From: Cladosporium halotolerans
Taxonomy: Eukaryota
Assembly: GCF_011745625.1 (NCBI RefSeq)
Contig: NW_027191458.1
Coordinates: forward strand, 310,001-374,000
Direction of reading: 5' to 3'
Length of the DNA: 64,000 bases
Part shown: positions 10,785-23,132 of the stretch, piece by piece
Position numbering within the stretch: position 1 is the first letter of the stretch
Layout of the letters: each line of letters starts with the position of its first letter
Notes under the pieces: model-generated
The model's database searches: none
The model's input: the letters and a program-made list of their open reading frames with translations, nothing else
What the model was told of the DNA's origin: nothing
Program-made: the position numbers and the translations under genes

Positions 10785-13700
10785 CTAAGCCTGAACACTA
10801 TTCTCAAAATACCCCTTAAATCGATCGTTCCCCTCCACCCCACAGTCATGAATAGCATCATAGCAAGCCATCAACAACCTCGGGAATCTGACCGTCCAAT
10901 ACCTCAGATACCCACCCGCCAGCGGGCCGACGCGCTTCTTGACGTCCTCGGGCATGTCTTCGTAGTGGTTCTTCTTGTTGCGTAGCGCGCGCAGCAAATC
11001 AAGCAAGCGGTCGCCGGAGTACTTGCGCTGCTTGCCTAGCGTCTCAACGAACGAGCGGTCGAGGCGGGCGAGGAAGTTGGGCGCGGGGCCCATGACTTCC
11101 GTCGCGTAGTCTTCGAGCCACATCAGGTGCTGGGAGTCGCCGGCGTAGTAGTCCTCGTAGGTCCCGCGAGGCTCGCGCTCGAAGTGGTCGCTGACGTCGC
11201 AGAGGAAGGCGAGGCGCTTCTCGGGCGACCAGAAGAAGGGGTGGTTGAGGATTTGGAGGGCGGTGGGGCGGTGCTCGGGCTGGTGGGCCAGCATGGACGT
11301 GATGAGTTGCATGGGTTCGTAGGCGTCCGACCAGCGCTCGAGGACTTCCATGTTCTTGCGGTCGCGCTTGATGTTGAGCTCGCGGAGCTGCGTCCAGCCG
11401 TTGTCGTCTTCGAAGGGGTGAATGCCGTCCGTGAGCATCCAGAAGAATAGACAGCCGAGTGAGAATACGTCAGCTGCACGCTTGACACCGCTCGCCGTGC
11501 CATTTGTAGCGCTCTCGCTACCGTTTACAGAGTTGCTCTGGCTGTGCTTGCTCTCAGTCTCGCGAGGCTGAGAAATGAGCTCGGGAGCCTTCCAGCCTGA
11601 TGTACCAGCATTGCCAGTAGGATCTATCAGTGTACTGACGTTTTCCGGAAGGTTTTTACCAAGGCCAAAATCGGAAATGACCATACGTGGGCCAGTGTCA
11701 ACGTATCGCTTGGGGAAAGCAACAAGAATATTCTGAGGTTTGATGTCTCGATGGATGATTCGCAGCTTGTGCAGGTGGTGAAGACCCTTGGCAAGCTGGT
11801 AGAGGTTGCGAGGGATGTCGCTTTGAATCTCCAGCTTGAGAGCGGCGAGTTGTTTCTGCCGGTCGTCGTCTCTGTTTCTATCGGCGTCCCAAACTTCGAA
11901 CAAGCTAGCTTGGCAAAGCTCGACGGCGATGTACAAGAAGTGATCGTCTTTCTGCTGGCAGTAATAACGAATCACGTTCTCATGGTCGTCACTCTGTTGC
12001 AGGAAAGAAACTTCCTGAGACGCGAGCTCGTAGTACTGAGACAACATGCGCTTGACGGCAACGGCCCTGCCTTCGAAAGACCCCTCAAAGACGGAAGTAC
12101 CGCAGCTGCCTTGTCCGATCACTCTGTCGGTGTGAATAATAAGGCTATTGATCTGAAGCGGCCCGGTGACCTGAGGGCTCTCGGAAGCTGCCACAGATAT
12201 GATCTCAGCCGGCTCAGCAATCTGCACGCCGTTCCGCTTCGCCCTGGCTTCAGCAGCAGCGGCATCCTTCTCTTTCTGCTTTTTGCCACCGCGACGGCCA
12301 CGAGTGGCTTTTTTCTTCTTGGGAGTCTCCATCGAATCCACGCCATCGATAGCTGGCACCGCGTCCTTTGAGTCGATTTTCTCGTAATCATCATCCTCCT
12401 CAACGCGGCCCGGCGGAGTAGCGCCGTTCTGAGATGGCTCCCTCGTATGAGCAAAGATCGTCTCCTGAGCCGGCTCCGAATCACGGACCATGGTCTTGTC
12501 ATAAGACTCCACGGCATCCACGGAGGGAGTGACCGAAAAGGGTTCATGCTTCGCAGCGGCCTGAGGCTGCGAAGGGATCTTGATGGTAAGGTACCCCTTT
12601 CTCTGGCCATACCACCCTATGGAGACCAGGCCGACAAACAGAGATACCATGATGAGTGCGAGAATGTTCGACGCGTTCTGAGCAGCCGACCGAAAGTTCC
12701 CCGCAGATGTGAGAGCATCTGTAATAGTCTGCCTCGGCGGTGCGTCAAGGCCTAGATGTTGTGTGCCACCGATCATCGGCATGCTAGGCGCCTCGTCAAG
12801 GCCATGTAATGGGTGAACACCAATGAACTTCTTGACCTCTCTCTTCGCCAAAGGTAGCCCGGGCAGTTTAGTCTCGTAGCACTTGGCGAACGGGGCCTCG
12901 TAAGTGATTTCCGGGTAATTCTGGTCACTGAGTGCGTACCAACTGCCCGCCGAGGTGCAGTTCACAAAGACGCTCGGCGGGGACTCGTCTTCGATGTATT
13001 CGCTGATTCGCGGAGGTACTGGCTGAGGAAGCACGACCAAGGAGATATCGTCACCTAGCTCATCCGCAGGACGGATTATGTCGAAGACTCTCGCAACAGG
13101 CGAGGAGAACTTGTGGTGAAGAGAAGCCGGGCGGTTCTCGTTCTTCCGAGCCGGTCGGAAGACAGTGCCGTCATGACGGGTGTAAACGTATTTGTTGTCT
13201 AGCGTGTTCTTGTACGTCGTCAAGAGATCTATATCGCGATTGTTCGGTGCCCACTCGAAGTAGCGGAGCGTGGTGATCTGGTCTCCGGTGTTGCGATCCT
13301 GCACGCCGATGGTGTATTCTGTGCGTCCTAGAGTGAGAGTGCCAATTTTCTCGCATTCCTCTTCGTCCATAGATTCCAAGGGATTCACTCGGCGGCAGCT
13401 CCTGTCACTGTTCGTCAACGAGCCGCTAGAGCTGAACATCTTCATGATGTTGCCCGTCGCTGCGTCGATAGTGTACAGCGTCGTCTTCTTGTCCGCGGTG
13501 TAGGCAACAGCCGGTGTCCCCTCCGTCGCGTAGGGAGACATGTCCGCCAGCTCTTTCACAGTGAAGCCCAGCCTCTGCATCCCCTTGATCCCCGAAGCCG
13601 GAGCGTACATGTACAGGCTCCCATCTTGACTGGGTTCGACGATCCACAACGGATCCTCGTGGTCCGCACTCTCTCTGCCGACGGACTTGTTGCTCATGCG

Positions 13701-14111
13701 GTGGTAGAGCGTCTCGACCATAGGCGTGTCGGACTCGAGCTGCCACCTCGGGGCAAAATTGGTGCGGTCTCGCGCATGGATGCTTCCGTCAACTGTCGCC
13801 AGGAGTATGATGTCCTCGACTTGCCAGTCCTGCAGGGATCGCGCCGGGTGTCGCGAGGCCAGGCCGACACTGGTGGATGCCGGCGACCTGTGGGCAGGAG
13901 GTGCTCGAACGGCCGACTCGGCCGGGGAGAAAGTCGCAAGGGCGCGCTGTGAGGAGGTGCGCGGGTTGTGGTGGTAGGTGTCGCGGTAGCTGGGCTGGCC
14001 GCTCAGCTGGGTGTTGTAGGAGGCATCGTCAGGCTGCTGCAGAGCGACTGCGATGGGGACGAGGAGCGTCCACAGCACATCTCGTAGGCGCAATGGTGGA
14101 CCCGGCGGCAT
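10785..14111 (-). CDS. IRE1: Ire1 ER-stress sensor kinase/endoribonuclease, 1108 aa, apparently a single exon
   Basis: Signal peptide; lumenal domain (ILLATVDGSIHARDR); TM segment; kinase (VAVKRML, HRDIKPQNIL, DFGL, GTSGWKAPE); KEN RNase domain (DLLRALRNKKNHY). Confidence 0.98.
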   Translation of the reverse strand: MPPGPPLRLRDVLWTLLVPIAVALQQPDDASYNTQLSGQPSYRDTYHHNPRTSSQRALATFSPAESAVRAPPAHRSPASTSVGLASRHPARSLQDWQVEDIILLATVDGSIHARDRTNFAPRWQLESDTPMVETLYHRMSNKSVGRESADHEDPLWIVEPSQDGSLYMYAPASGIKGMQRLGFTVKELADMSPYATEGTPAVAYTADKKTTLYTIDAATGNIMKMFSSSGSLTNSDRSCRRVNPLESMDEEECEKIGTLTLGRTEYTIGVQDRNTGDQITTLRYFEWAPNNRDIDLLTTYKNTLDNKYVYTRHDGTVFRPARKNENRPASLHHKFSSPVARVFDIIRPADELGDDISLVVLPQPVPPRISEYIEDESPPSVFVNCTSAGSWYALSDQNYPEITYEAPFAKCYETKLPGLPLAKREVKKFIGVHPLHGLDEAPSMPMIGGTQHLGLDAPPRQTITDALTSAGNFRSAAQNASNILALIMVSLFVGLVSIGWYGQRKGYLTIKIPSQPQAAAKHEPFSVTPSVDAVESYDKTMVRDSEPAQETIFAHTREPSQNGATPPGRVEEDDDYEKIDSKDAVPAIDGVDSMETPKKKKATRGRRGGKKQKEKDAAAAEARAKRNGVQIAEPAEIISVAASESPQVTGPLQINSLIIHTDRVIGQGSCGTSVFEGSFEGRAVAVKRMLSQYYELASQEVSFLQQSDDHENVIRYYCQQKDDHFLYIAVELCQASLFEVWDADRNRDDDRQKQLAALKLEIQSDIPRNLYQLAKGLHHLHKLRIIHRDIKPQNILVAFPKRYVDTGPRMVISDFGLGKNLPENVSTLIDPTGNAGTSGWKAPELISQPRETESKHSQSNSVNGSESATNGTASGVKRAADVFSLGCLFFWMLTDGIHPFEDDNGWTQLRELNIKRDRKNMEVLERWSDAYEPMQLITSMLAHQPEHRPTALQILNHPFFWSPEKRLAFLCDVSDHFEREPRGTYEDYYAGDSQHLMWLEDYATEVMGPAPNFLARLDRSFVETLGKQRKYSGDRLLDLLRALRNKKNHYEDMPEDVKKRVGPLAGGYLRYWTVRFPRLLMACYDAIHDCGVEGNDRFKGYFENSVQA

Positions 14112-14154
14112 GTCGCCATAGACGTGGTAGGGGAGTGCGGAAGAGATGCTCAGC

Positions 14155-14184
14155 GGAGGTGGAGGTGGTGGTGGTGGTGGTGGT
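14155..14184. repeat. (GGW)10 microsatellite including (GGT)7, in the probable IRE1 5' UTR
   Basis: ggaggtggaggtggtggtggtggtggtggt read directly. Confidence 0.85.
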
Positions 14185-14933
14185 GATATTGCACGGAGGG
14201 ATCGAAGGGCGTGGAATACCAGGCGCGCTTCGCTTCAATAAGCGTCGTGTGCCCTTGCGTTGTCAGGCTTGGAGACGCACGGGCGAGGCGATGTGCAGGG
14301 TTTCGTGCTCACCCGTGGGGCACCCGCCGCTTCCCGTGCGCCGTTTCGATTCTGGCCCTGCTATTTCTATTGTGCGCAACGGCAATATCGTGAACGATCT
14401 GCTGCGTTCCTCGAGTCTTCACGTTCATCCATTGACTGCCACAAAACGCTTCCGTGCACGCTCTTCACGCCCGTCACTGCTTTCTGCAGCCATGCGTTGC
14501 CGCTGCACACGCCTCGGATGCACGATCGGCACCCCTGTGTGACGCGTGCGCAGCAAGGACAAAGGAGAAAATATATTGCAGACGGCTGGGCATGGACCAC
14601 ACAGGGTCAAGCCAGCATTGCGGGCGATCGTGGTCTCGTGACAATCGTGAAATAGCCGGTATCTGAATGCACGAAGCTTCCTTAACCAGAGAAATATTTC
14701 TATCAAACGAGTGCTGTACTCACGAAACCAATGTGGAACTTGCTGGAAAAGCCTGCATTTGATGCATCATTCATTCATGAGAGAAGGATTTCTACTGTAC
14801 AGCCGTCTGATCGTCAATGCCCCTCTATAAGCGAAGGGCACACGCGTCAGCTTATGTTCGCACCAGTTCCATCGCAGCATGGTCTGAAACACCTGACGGA
14901 GGCGATGACTCCAGCCTGGCACGATGCCGGTCT

Positions 14934-15308
14934 TCACTTCTTGCTGCCATTGCCCGGAGTGTACTTGCTCCCACCAGAACCGTTGTTGTAGTAAGTGGAG
15001 CCTAGTGTCTGTTAGTCACCATCGATAACGCTGCGTGCATTTAGCACCGCGAAAGCTATGGCCGGCATACCATTCGGGTTGGAGTAGTAGTAGCTCCCGT
15101 TGGCGTTGGAGTAGTGGTACGAGTTCTGGTTGCTGGCGGAGGCACCGTAGTCGCGAGAGCAGTAGTGATTGCCCTAGGCGCAGAGTCAGGTAAAGAGCTC
15201 GAGGTACGATATCTCTGCGATGCTTACCTGGGAGTTGGTACCACTGCTGGTGGTGGAATAGCCCTTGCTAGAAGAGCCGGAGGGAGTAGAAGAGTTCTTG
15301 GAAGACAT
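14934..15308 (-). CDS. Small 83-aa Ser/Asn/Tyr/Gly-rich protein; exons 15228-15308, 15071-15173, 14934-15001
   Basis: Two canonical introns with branch points join to MSSKNSSTPSGSSSKGYSTTSSGTNSQGNHYCSRDYGASASNQNSYHYSNANGSYYYSNPNGSTYYNNGSGGSKYTPGNGSKK*. I recall similar uncharacterised fungal proteins. Confidence 0.85.
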
Positions 15309-15669
15309 TGTAGTGCGTGGTTTGTGGATGAGAAGAGGTTTGTAGTGGGAGTTGTGGTGGTGGCAGGAGAACGGTCTCGTTGCGTCAATGAGAAGGGGGG
15401 TTTTATACGGCCGACCTACCAGCATCATGTTGCGGGGTTGCGTCAAGATTTGTGACATGGTGTGTATTCACTTCGCTTTTGAGAAACTCGAATAAGCCAG
15501 ATGCCCAGTACGAGTACCAGTGTTTGGGCCACAGGTGCTGCTGTTTGCTCAAGTGAAAGCTGTGAATGATCTGCGTGGTGGCTCATGAATTCTGACACAC
15601 GGTGAAAGACATGGCATACCGTCGCCCAGGATATCGTGTGTACTGTGGCTTCTTGCAGGACTTGAACTA

Positions 15670-16287
15670 CTAGCATCGTGAATGCAATATCTTGCAAGCG
15701 TGTACGATGATGCCTTGAAAAGTCCCAATGTCCAATATCGTTGGTCCACGATGTCCGCAAACTAGTGCAAGACGGTAGTCGTCGTTGAACACGAGGACAT
15801 CTCGAGGTGATGAGAACAATGTGGGCAGAACTCTTCGAATTTGCTTATCGTGACTGTCCCAGACAAGCTGCGAAGAGAATAACTCACGAAAGACATCACT
15901 TCGAGCAAGGAGCCAGCGAGCTCGATACTCGTCGGAGATAAGACTTCGCCGTGGAAAAGTCGTGAGACCGTGTGTGCCTACACTTTCCAGCTCTCGCAAA
16001 TCCCATCGCAGCCCCAGCAAGCCCCAGCGACAGATGTAACGCTCCCACACGGACTCGTCGGGGCCGTCATGGCAGTACCACAGTATTACTCTCCGAACCC
16101 TTCTGAAGTGAAACGTCGAAGAGCGCGAGTTTGGTACGAGCCAAGCATCACGCCACGGCCAAGCGATCGTGGGGTAGAGTTGAAATGGTTCGGAGAGTTT
16201 CGAATCATCTATGCGAAGGGATCGAGTAGAAGGGGACGGGAGGGCCAGTCCTTGCGGTAGAGTTGGCTCCGTGGACGCTGGAAGCAT
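15670..16287 (-). CDS. Possible orphan ORF, 205 aa
   Basis: ATG-initiated and the longest ORF in an otherwise gene-free stretch. No recognisable motif or codon bias. Confidence 0.25.
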   Translation of the reverse strand: MLPASTEPTLPQGLALPSPSTRSLRIDDSKLSEPFQLYPTIAWPWRDAWLVPNSRSSTFHFRRVRRVILWYCHDGPDESVWERYICRWGLLGLRWDLRELESVGTHGLTTFPRRSLISDEYRARWLLARSDVFRELFSSQLVWDSHDKQIRRVLPTLFSSPRDVLVFNDDYRLALVCGHRGPTILDIGTFQGIIVHACKILHSRC

Positions 16288-18389
16288 AAAGCGCCATGGC
16301 CTAAAGCGGCATGCGCAGCATTCATGATTTTGTCTGCTGTGTCTGGCGCTTCTGTCCAGCTACCGGATATGAACGATCTTGTGGAGCTCTTTTCACATGT
16401 GCCTCAAGCATGAGCTCTCAAAGATTGTCCAGCTTTGCTCAACGGACTGCTGCATCATGCCAGAAGTGCATTACTGCAGCAAATTATGGCGCGCATGTCT
16501 GCGCTGATGCCAAGCTAATGCATACCCAAGGACAAGCGTATGTGAATCCACAGGTGTTATTAGTCAGTGCATCTCCTAGCGAGGTTCTGTGCAAGCCATA
16601 GCGTGATGCCTTCGTCGGTAGTTAAGGGATGGAAGGAATGGTGCAAACTGCCCCGTAGTAGGAGCGAGATTGTCAGAGAGAAACGTTCTAGTGCAAACGC
16701 CCAAAGAAGCGTTAGTTTGATATCGCCTCAATGGCGTCAGAGGGCTCGCATAGAACACCGAACGTACGAATAGGGCTTATCGTTGCAAGTGCAAGCTGGA
16801 GCTAGAAGTGAGCTTTGCGCAAACAAGATACGCACAGGTACAGGATGATGTGCCTTATTACCACCGCATGCGTGATGTCGAACGGCGATCCGGCATCTGG
16901 CGGCTGGCTAGGGCTTGCCTGGGTGCCGGAAGTGGCTTTTCGGGTGGAGAACGCCTCGCCGGACAATTTCGTGGGGTGGTCCGATATCTCAGCCAGTGGA
17001 AGTCGTTGAATGGACTGGCTGCTGCACCACCCAGACGAACATCCATCAGCTTATGGTATCGTCCACGGTGGCATTACGACGCGAAGCGCAGGGCCGAACG
17101 ATAATCGTCTTGCACGCATGTGTGCATACGCGGCTCCTCATACACGCTCCATCGCGGGAATCTTGACATGGTGCACCCTTCCGCGGTGAAATCTCACACG
17201 CGCCGTGGATGGTGAGAGAAAGGTCCGGGGAATGCAGATGGACTCCACTTAGATCTGCGACACACGTCTTCCAGCGGCTCTGCGCCCGACCACGCCGACC
17301 TCGTCAAAAGCCTTTTCGTCGAGGCAGGGACAATACCGCTCGGTGAGGACGGCAGTATCACGATCTTATACTCGCGACGCTCGTGCAGCGTTCGCCGGCA
17401 GTTTGGTGCATGGGCGCTCTAAAAGGCCGTGCTGAGACGAGGAGCGTGGACTGAGTCAGCCTAACGCGTCCCGGCAGTCTAAGGCGCGGTCGTGCGGGCA
17501 ACGTGCAGGCGGCGTGGACGGTGGACGGTGTTTCAGAACCGCCGCGTGTGTGCGTGGGAGCAGGGTTAGCAGTCCAGCGGCCATGCAGCGTGTGTTGCAC
17601 CCATTGGGACTGATGTCGGAAAGGTTGTGTCAAGTTTGGGCGTGGGGAGTAAAGTCCGTGGCTGGATGACGCCCTCTCTGGGCCAGTTGCAGGGGTTGTC
17701 GGAAGTCTAAGCAACATCGACGGCCCAGGGCCGCCGGGTCTGCGAGCGCCACCGATCGTCATTGGCGTCCCAGGCGCTGGCGCGCTGGTATGGACGAAGA
17801 CGCAGTGCAAACGCTTCCGGCTCGCAAGTTGCGCGCTCCTGGCAGGAGATAGGCTCGAGCCTGCAGAGCTCACCGAGTGGCACCGTCCAACCGGGTGCCG
17901 CGGCGAGCACGGCATGCGCATCGCATCGCCGTGCGTTCGCGAGCCGTTGGCGTGAAGAAGGCGGTTGTGACACTAGGCGGCAACGCGTTGTCCGGCGAGG
18001 CGCTATGGCCGGTGATGTTACCATACGCCCGTTAAGGTTGGTGTCGTTCTGGAGGAGGTCCCCATCGCCAGCTATCATCCCATGCGAGACCCTTGTCCGA
18101 GCCGCTATCTAATTATCATCATACCCACCTCCCGCGGCCCTGGATTCTCACACTACGTTCGACTTTTACTGCGGAGGGGACGGCATCGCGTCTACAGCGT
18201 CTTGAATGCACTCCGCCACCTGCCTATTGTCTAATAACATTATCTCGGCCTGGATATCAAAAAGCATTCGTTGGCTGGTCCACACGTGAATGCTGTTGAC
18301 ATCGCCTGGCAATAGGATTTCACGGAGCGACAGGAGGCGATCTCAATCACCTGCGCGATCTTCCACGCCTTGGCTCCTCCAGAGCTATC

Positions 18390-21142
18390 ATGGAGCCGAG
18401 ATTAAATCGTGACAGAGCACAGTCGAAAACCCGCAGGTTCAACGGGGTTGCAAAGACATCGCCTCGATGGGATTGTCTCCGAAAGGTTGGTGGACAATCA
18501 GACTTACGCCTTTCCACGAGCCCAAGCTAACATGATGCAAGGATCACGATCTATGGTACGAGGACGCTAATTGCCTGGTTCACTTTCATGCAGATGGTTC
18601 ATCAAAACGAGGCCCAAGCCTGAAGATACCTTTTGCCGCCGTCCAACTCTCGAATTGCTCGTATCTCCTCGACCAATGCCTCTCGGTTCGAAGAGAGTCA
18701 ACGATATCACAGACTTCTGACAGCGGATATGATTCCTGCGGTTCTCCATCGCCACAGCCAAAGATTTATGATCTATTCGTACCTGCACCAGTGGACCTTA
18801 GTCGCGAGCAAGCCTACACATACCACGTAACAACTCGGAACTTCTTCGCTTTCCTCTTGAATCAAGCTCTGGTTGGCGAGAAACTCGGACTTGCTTTGAT
18901 CGAACTCTGGCAACGAGCGCAAGATTGGCAACCACAGGACGATGCAAAAGCTCGATTGTTGAGCTACTGCGACCAGCAAGGCTACCTCTCACTGGCGGAG
19001 AACGTACAATATGCGACTGCGATTCTCAATCTCGCGGAGAAGGCTCATTTCCGGGAACTGTGGACAAACTCTTTCGTACACTGTGTGGGCATGCACGACA
19101 GCTTTGATTTAGGTCCAGATCATACCGAACTCAGCAACATGACCAAAGCGCTCCTCACAAGGGCTTCTTTGGAGATGGATCTTCACTTGTCACGCGTGAT
19201 GCGAGCGGTCGGTTCGTTTCTTGAGGAAGAGTTTGGCATCGACCGTCTAGGGCTCTCAAAACCGGCTCGCGCTCACTTGGATCGATTCCGGTGCTTTCTT
19301 TCTACTCATTACATGGAACAGCTCGGATACTTCCCGCCCAGTCACAGTGATCCATACGACAACCAGTTATGGCACGATCTCCACAATGATTTCGACAGCC
19401 TGTACGAGCTCTTGGCGGACACTAAGTCGGACGATGATATGAACAATGCCTCCAATGCCAGCGGAGGAATCTGCTGTTTGCAGAACACCTACGCTTTCAA
19501 TGAACGATATGGGTGCGAGCCATTGCCGCATCCGTCTCCGCTCTTACCGGCAGTTTCAGAGGCGAAGCGATCAACTGATACTCAACGATCACTGCGCAGC
19601 CTGAGACTCGTGCGCTCAAATTCAAGCTCAGAAGTCCACCTACCGCCTCGAATGGCGCTCGCTCAGGCAACGAACAGCCTGCCTGATCGGACAGCCAACC
19701 GAAAAATTGTCGACGCTTACCGCCGTTTCGAGAGATCGCGCCCCGAAGAGAAAATCACTGTGCAGGAAGCCCGAAAGGTCCGCTGGCTGCTCATCTACGG
19801 CGTTCTCCAAATGCTCAAGAGCATTACAAACTCACCTGCTGGTGTCGAGGTCGGGTCAGCGTCGTACCCTCTGTGCGTTCTGACAGTGGCCTCACCTGCA
19901 TGGCAAGACGACCAACCGGATGAGGTAACCAAATCGACATCTTCGAACAGCACTCTCGGTAAAGGAGAGGATTTCCCGTCGACCCCAGATGAGGGCCCAC
20001 GCCCCAGCACCGAAGGACGCATTTCCATCCACCCAGACTGCGAAGCGGACAACGCCGCCGATTATTTTTCCAACTCTCGACGCAGTTCGGTCAATGCCCA
20101 GGATCTCACCCCACCACCGCTCCGCATCCAGCACCCTACACGCACTGCATCCATTCGCATGAGCATGAGCTCCAGCGTCCACTCCCTGCAGCGTTCATTC
20201 AGTCTCGCTCGACGGAACAGCTCGCGAAAATCAATGCAAGCTCCCAGGCACCGTAGACAAGGGTCATATGAGATCGTAGGTCAGGGATTTGGAAGTAGCA
20301 CTCAGCGAAGGGAGGCATCTCACCGCGAGGCCTTAGAGGGATTGGAAGGCGCCTCGCAAGATTCCCCGGCACAGAAGTCTGTTGGCACGACACACAACCC
20401 CTGGCAAGAGTTCGATTTCGGCCTCCACAATGTCGCAGAAGAGCCAATCTTAAACGACTGCCATCTCGACTCAATGTTCAGCTTCGAAGAACTGGGCCAA
20501 CGCGAGCAAACACCCACCGAGCCCGAATACGCCCGCGACCTCGACCGCGTCGACGAATACGACAAAACCGCCCCTGGCAACCGCAACTCCTGGCTCGCCA
20601 CAGACGCAGACTTCACCACCGCCATCCCGTCGTCCTCCCGGCCCGGCCCCGACGAGCCCATCTCTGCCACAACCTGCTCCACAGACCCGAACTCCTTGCG
20701 CTCCTCCTACCTCGCCGAAGACTGCGTCACGCCGGCGACCATGTACTCTTCCCCCGCAGAGAGCCCGCTCTCCTCACCACGCCACAGCTTCAAATCGTCG
20801 TCCTACTTCCCCCGGCCAAAACACATCAGCCTCCTCGACTCGCAATCCGAGCCCGAACCCTCGGCCCGACCCAGCCTGAACGCAGGCTGCTACTGCCCGA
20901 GCGGGCTCGAGAGGCAGACGTCCGTTACGCCTGCGCTTTCGCGCTTCTCGTCGTACCGCATGGGCAAAGATCCGCGGATCAGTGAGGATGAAGGACACAG
21001 TGTGGCCGGAGAAGAGTCGCAGCCGCGATTCAGCGCTGTCTACGAGCTAGAAGCTACGGAGTCGAATGCCTCTGTGTCGGACGAGGTGCGCGGGAGGGTC
21101 AGGGCAAGGTCGGACGCGGCTGGGTTTTCTTTTGTTCACTGA
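18390..21142 (+). CDS. Conserved filamentous-fungal protein of unknown function with a Ser/Pro-rich disordered C-terminus; exons 18390-18485, 18542-21142 (a further 5' exon is possible)
   Basis: Intron GTTGGT..GCTAAC..AAG joins RWDCLRK to DHDLWYEDANCLVHF..RGPSLKIP in frame with the 783-aa ORF. Conserved-looking blocks YHVTTRNFFA, FVHCVGM, EARKVRWLLIYGVLQ and ISIHPDCEAD. Confidence 0.82.
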
Positions 21143-21173
21143 TCTGATGATACCCCAAACTGGAAGGACTTTC

Positions 21174-21189
21174 TTTTTTTTTTTTTTTT
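21174..21189 (+). repeat. T16 homopolymer in the probable 3' UTR
   Basis: Read directly. Confidence 0.9.
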
Positions 21190-21658
21190 CGATCGGAAAT
21201 TTTACAGAGGGAGGATTGCCTGTCGCAAGACAGGCTCGAAAACTTGTTGCGGGCGATGCTATTTCAAGATCCTTCACGGGATAGTGCTAGTGAGACTGGT
21301 TGATAGAAAAAGTACGCTCTGCTTACTCGGGGGAAAAGCGATCGTTCGATTCCTTCAAAATATGCGTTCAATTCGACCAACTCATTACGCGAGAATCAGT
21401 TTCTGTGATTCAGGATACTCTACCTCACAAGGATCGAAGTCTTGATGTTCCAAGCGAGCCACAGACTTCGCCAAAGTCAGACCCACTTCTCAATCCTCAC
21501 TGTCCATCAAGGTGACGGATCCTCGTTCTCACCCAGTCTTGGAAGCTTGGCGAGACGAACATGCCACGGACCAGAGCGTGCATGGCGCGAAGGATGCTGC
21601 AAAGAGGTTATAAATTTTCGCTGTTGAAAATGCCTGCATCTTCGGTGTCACGTTCGCG

Positions 21659-23132
21659 ATGACAACCAGGCCCCGAAGACCAACGACGGCAGGGCGCAAC
21701 TACAGCCCTCTGCGGTCGGCTGTGATACTTACGCTTTCTTTTCTGTTGCCTTTGTTATGGCATGCGTATTCAGACAGACTGTCGGAGATTAATGTGCCGG
21801 CTCTTTGGCGAAGGAGTGAGGGTGTGGTTGGCGAGAGCTCGCTGAACGCGACTTCCCCGGCGCCGGTTTTTGCCAATCAGCAGACGGTTCGTCCAGAATG
21901 AACGCCGAGCGAAATGCTTCGTTCATTAACCTTCATCACAGGAAGATGCAGCTCGTATGCTTCAAGACCTGCGCCGGGATTCTGGCAAGTGGAACAGCAA
22001 CCATCCTCGGTACCGCCTCTTGAACTCGCTGAAAGCGTATCTCCGCTATGGAGAGGAGCGGACGGCCGACTTGGATACCTGGAGGAAGCGGTATAAGAAG
22101 CTGTCGCGGGAACAGCGATCGGTATGCGTTGTCAGAGAATTTCGCAACAAGGCGATACTAACACTTTGAAAGAACCTTGAGCGCACAGTCGGCTATACCA
22201 ACAAGCTCAACACGGTGGAAGCCCTCATGATTAAGAACTCTGGTCTGGCTGAAGATATCCTCAGCTATGGCCTGAAGTTCTATGGCGTGGCTAGGTTAGA
22301 GCTCGACGAATTTGTGGAAGACACGAAGAACGAAACGAACAAGCAAAAGGGCAACACGCTGTATGCCGTGAAGCACTTCGTACGCGATTGGTCCAACGAA
22401 GGGTTATACGAGCGGCAAACGACTTATCCGTGTGTTCTGGACGCAGTCAGAAAGGAGTTCCCAGCGACTTCTCCGTCGACGCCTGCAAAAATCCTGGTTC
22501 CTGGCTCCGGGCTTGGAAGACTAGGCCACGAGATCGCCGCTCTCGGAGACTTCGAAGTGACGATGAATGAGTTCTCCTACTCGATGAATATCGCCTACCA
22601 CTACATCACCACGCTCAGCTCCGTCAACGCTAGCGCAATCCACCCCTACATCGACTGGTGGTCTCACCGCGCGACAACAGCCGACTTGACAAGAAGCGTG
22701 TCCTTCCCAGATAACATCTCCATCCTCTCTCAGCCATCAATTTCCCTGATCGAAGGCGAATTCACCACAGCCCTCAAACCCCACTTAGGAACCTACGATG
22801 CACTCGTCTCGCACTTCTTCATCGACACCGCAACCAACATCCTCACGTACCTGGAGACCATCCACGCCATGCTCAAGCCGGGCGGCGTCTGGATCAATTT
22901 CGGGCCTCTGCTATACGGCTCGATGCCGACTCTGCAGCTTTCACTCGACGAGGTGATCGCGATGGCCGAGAGCTTGGGATTCGAGCTCGAGCAGCCGGGC
23001 GAGGGATGCGGGCGGGTGATGGGGTTCGATTCGAGGGTGAGAGGGGCGCATGTGCCGTATGCGCATGATGAGGAGAGTTTGAATAGGAATGCGTATTTGG
23101 CGCAGCATTGGGTTGCGAGGAAGAAGAAGTAG
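21659..23132 (+). CDS. N2227/carnosine N-methyltransferase-like SAM methyltransferase with an N-terminal hydrophobic segment; exons 21659-21886, 21942-22121, 22173-23132
   Basis: Family motifs KHFVRDWSNEG..ER, ILVPGSGLGRL, NEFS, FFIDTATN and GVWINFGPLLY; two in-frame introns. Confidence 0.9.

Noticed and set aside
21280..21360. GTTCGATTCC resembling a tRNA T-loop/B box
   Set aside because: No T-stem, acceptor stem or cloverleaf could be built.
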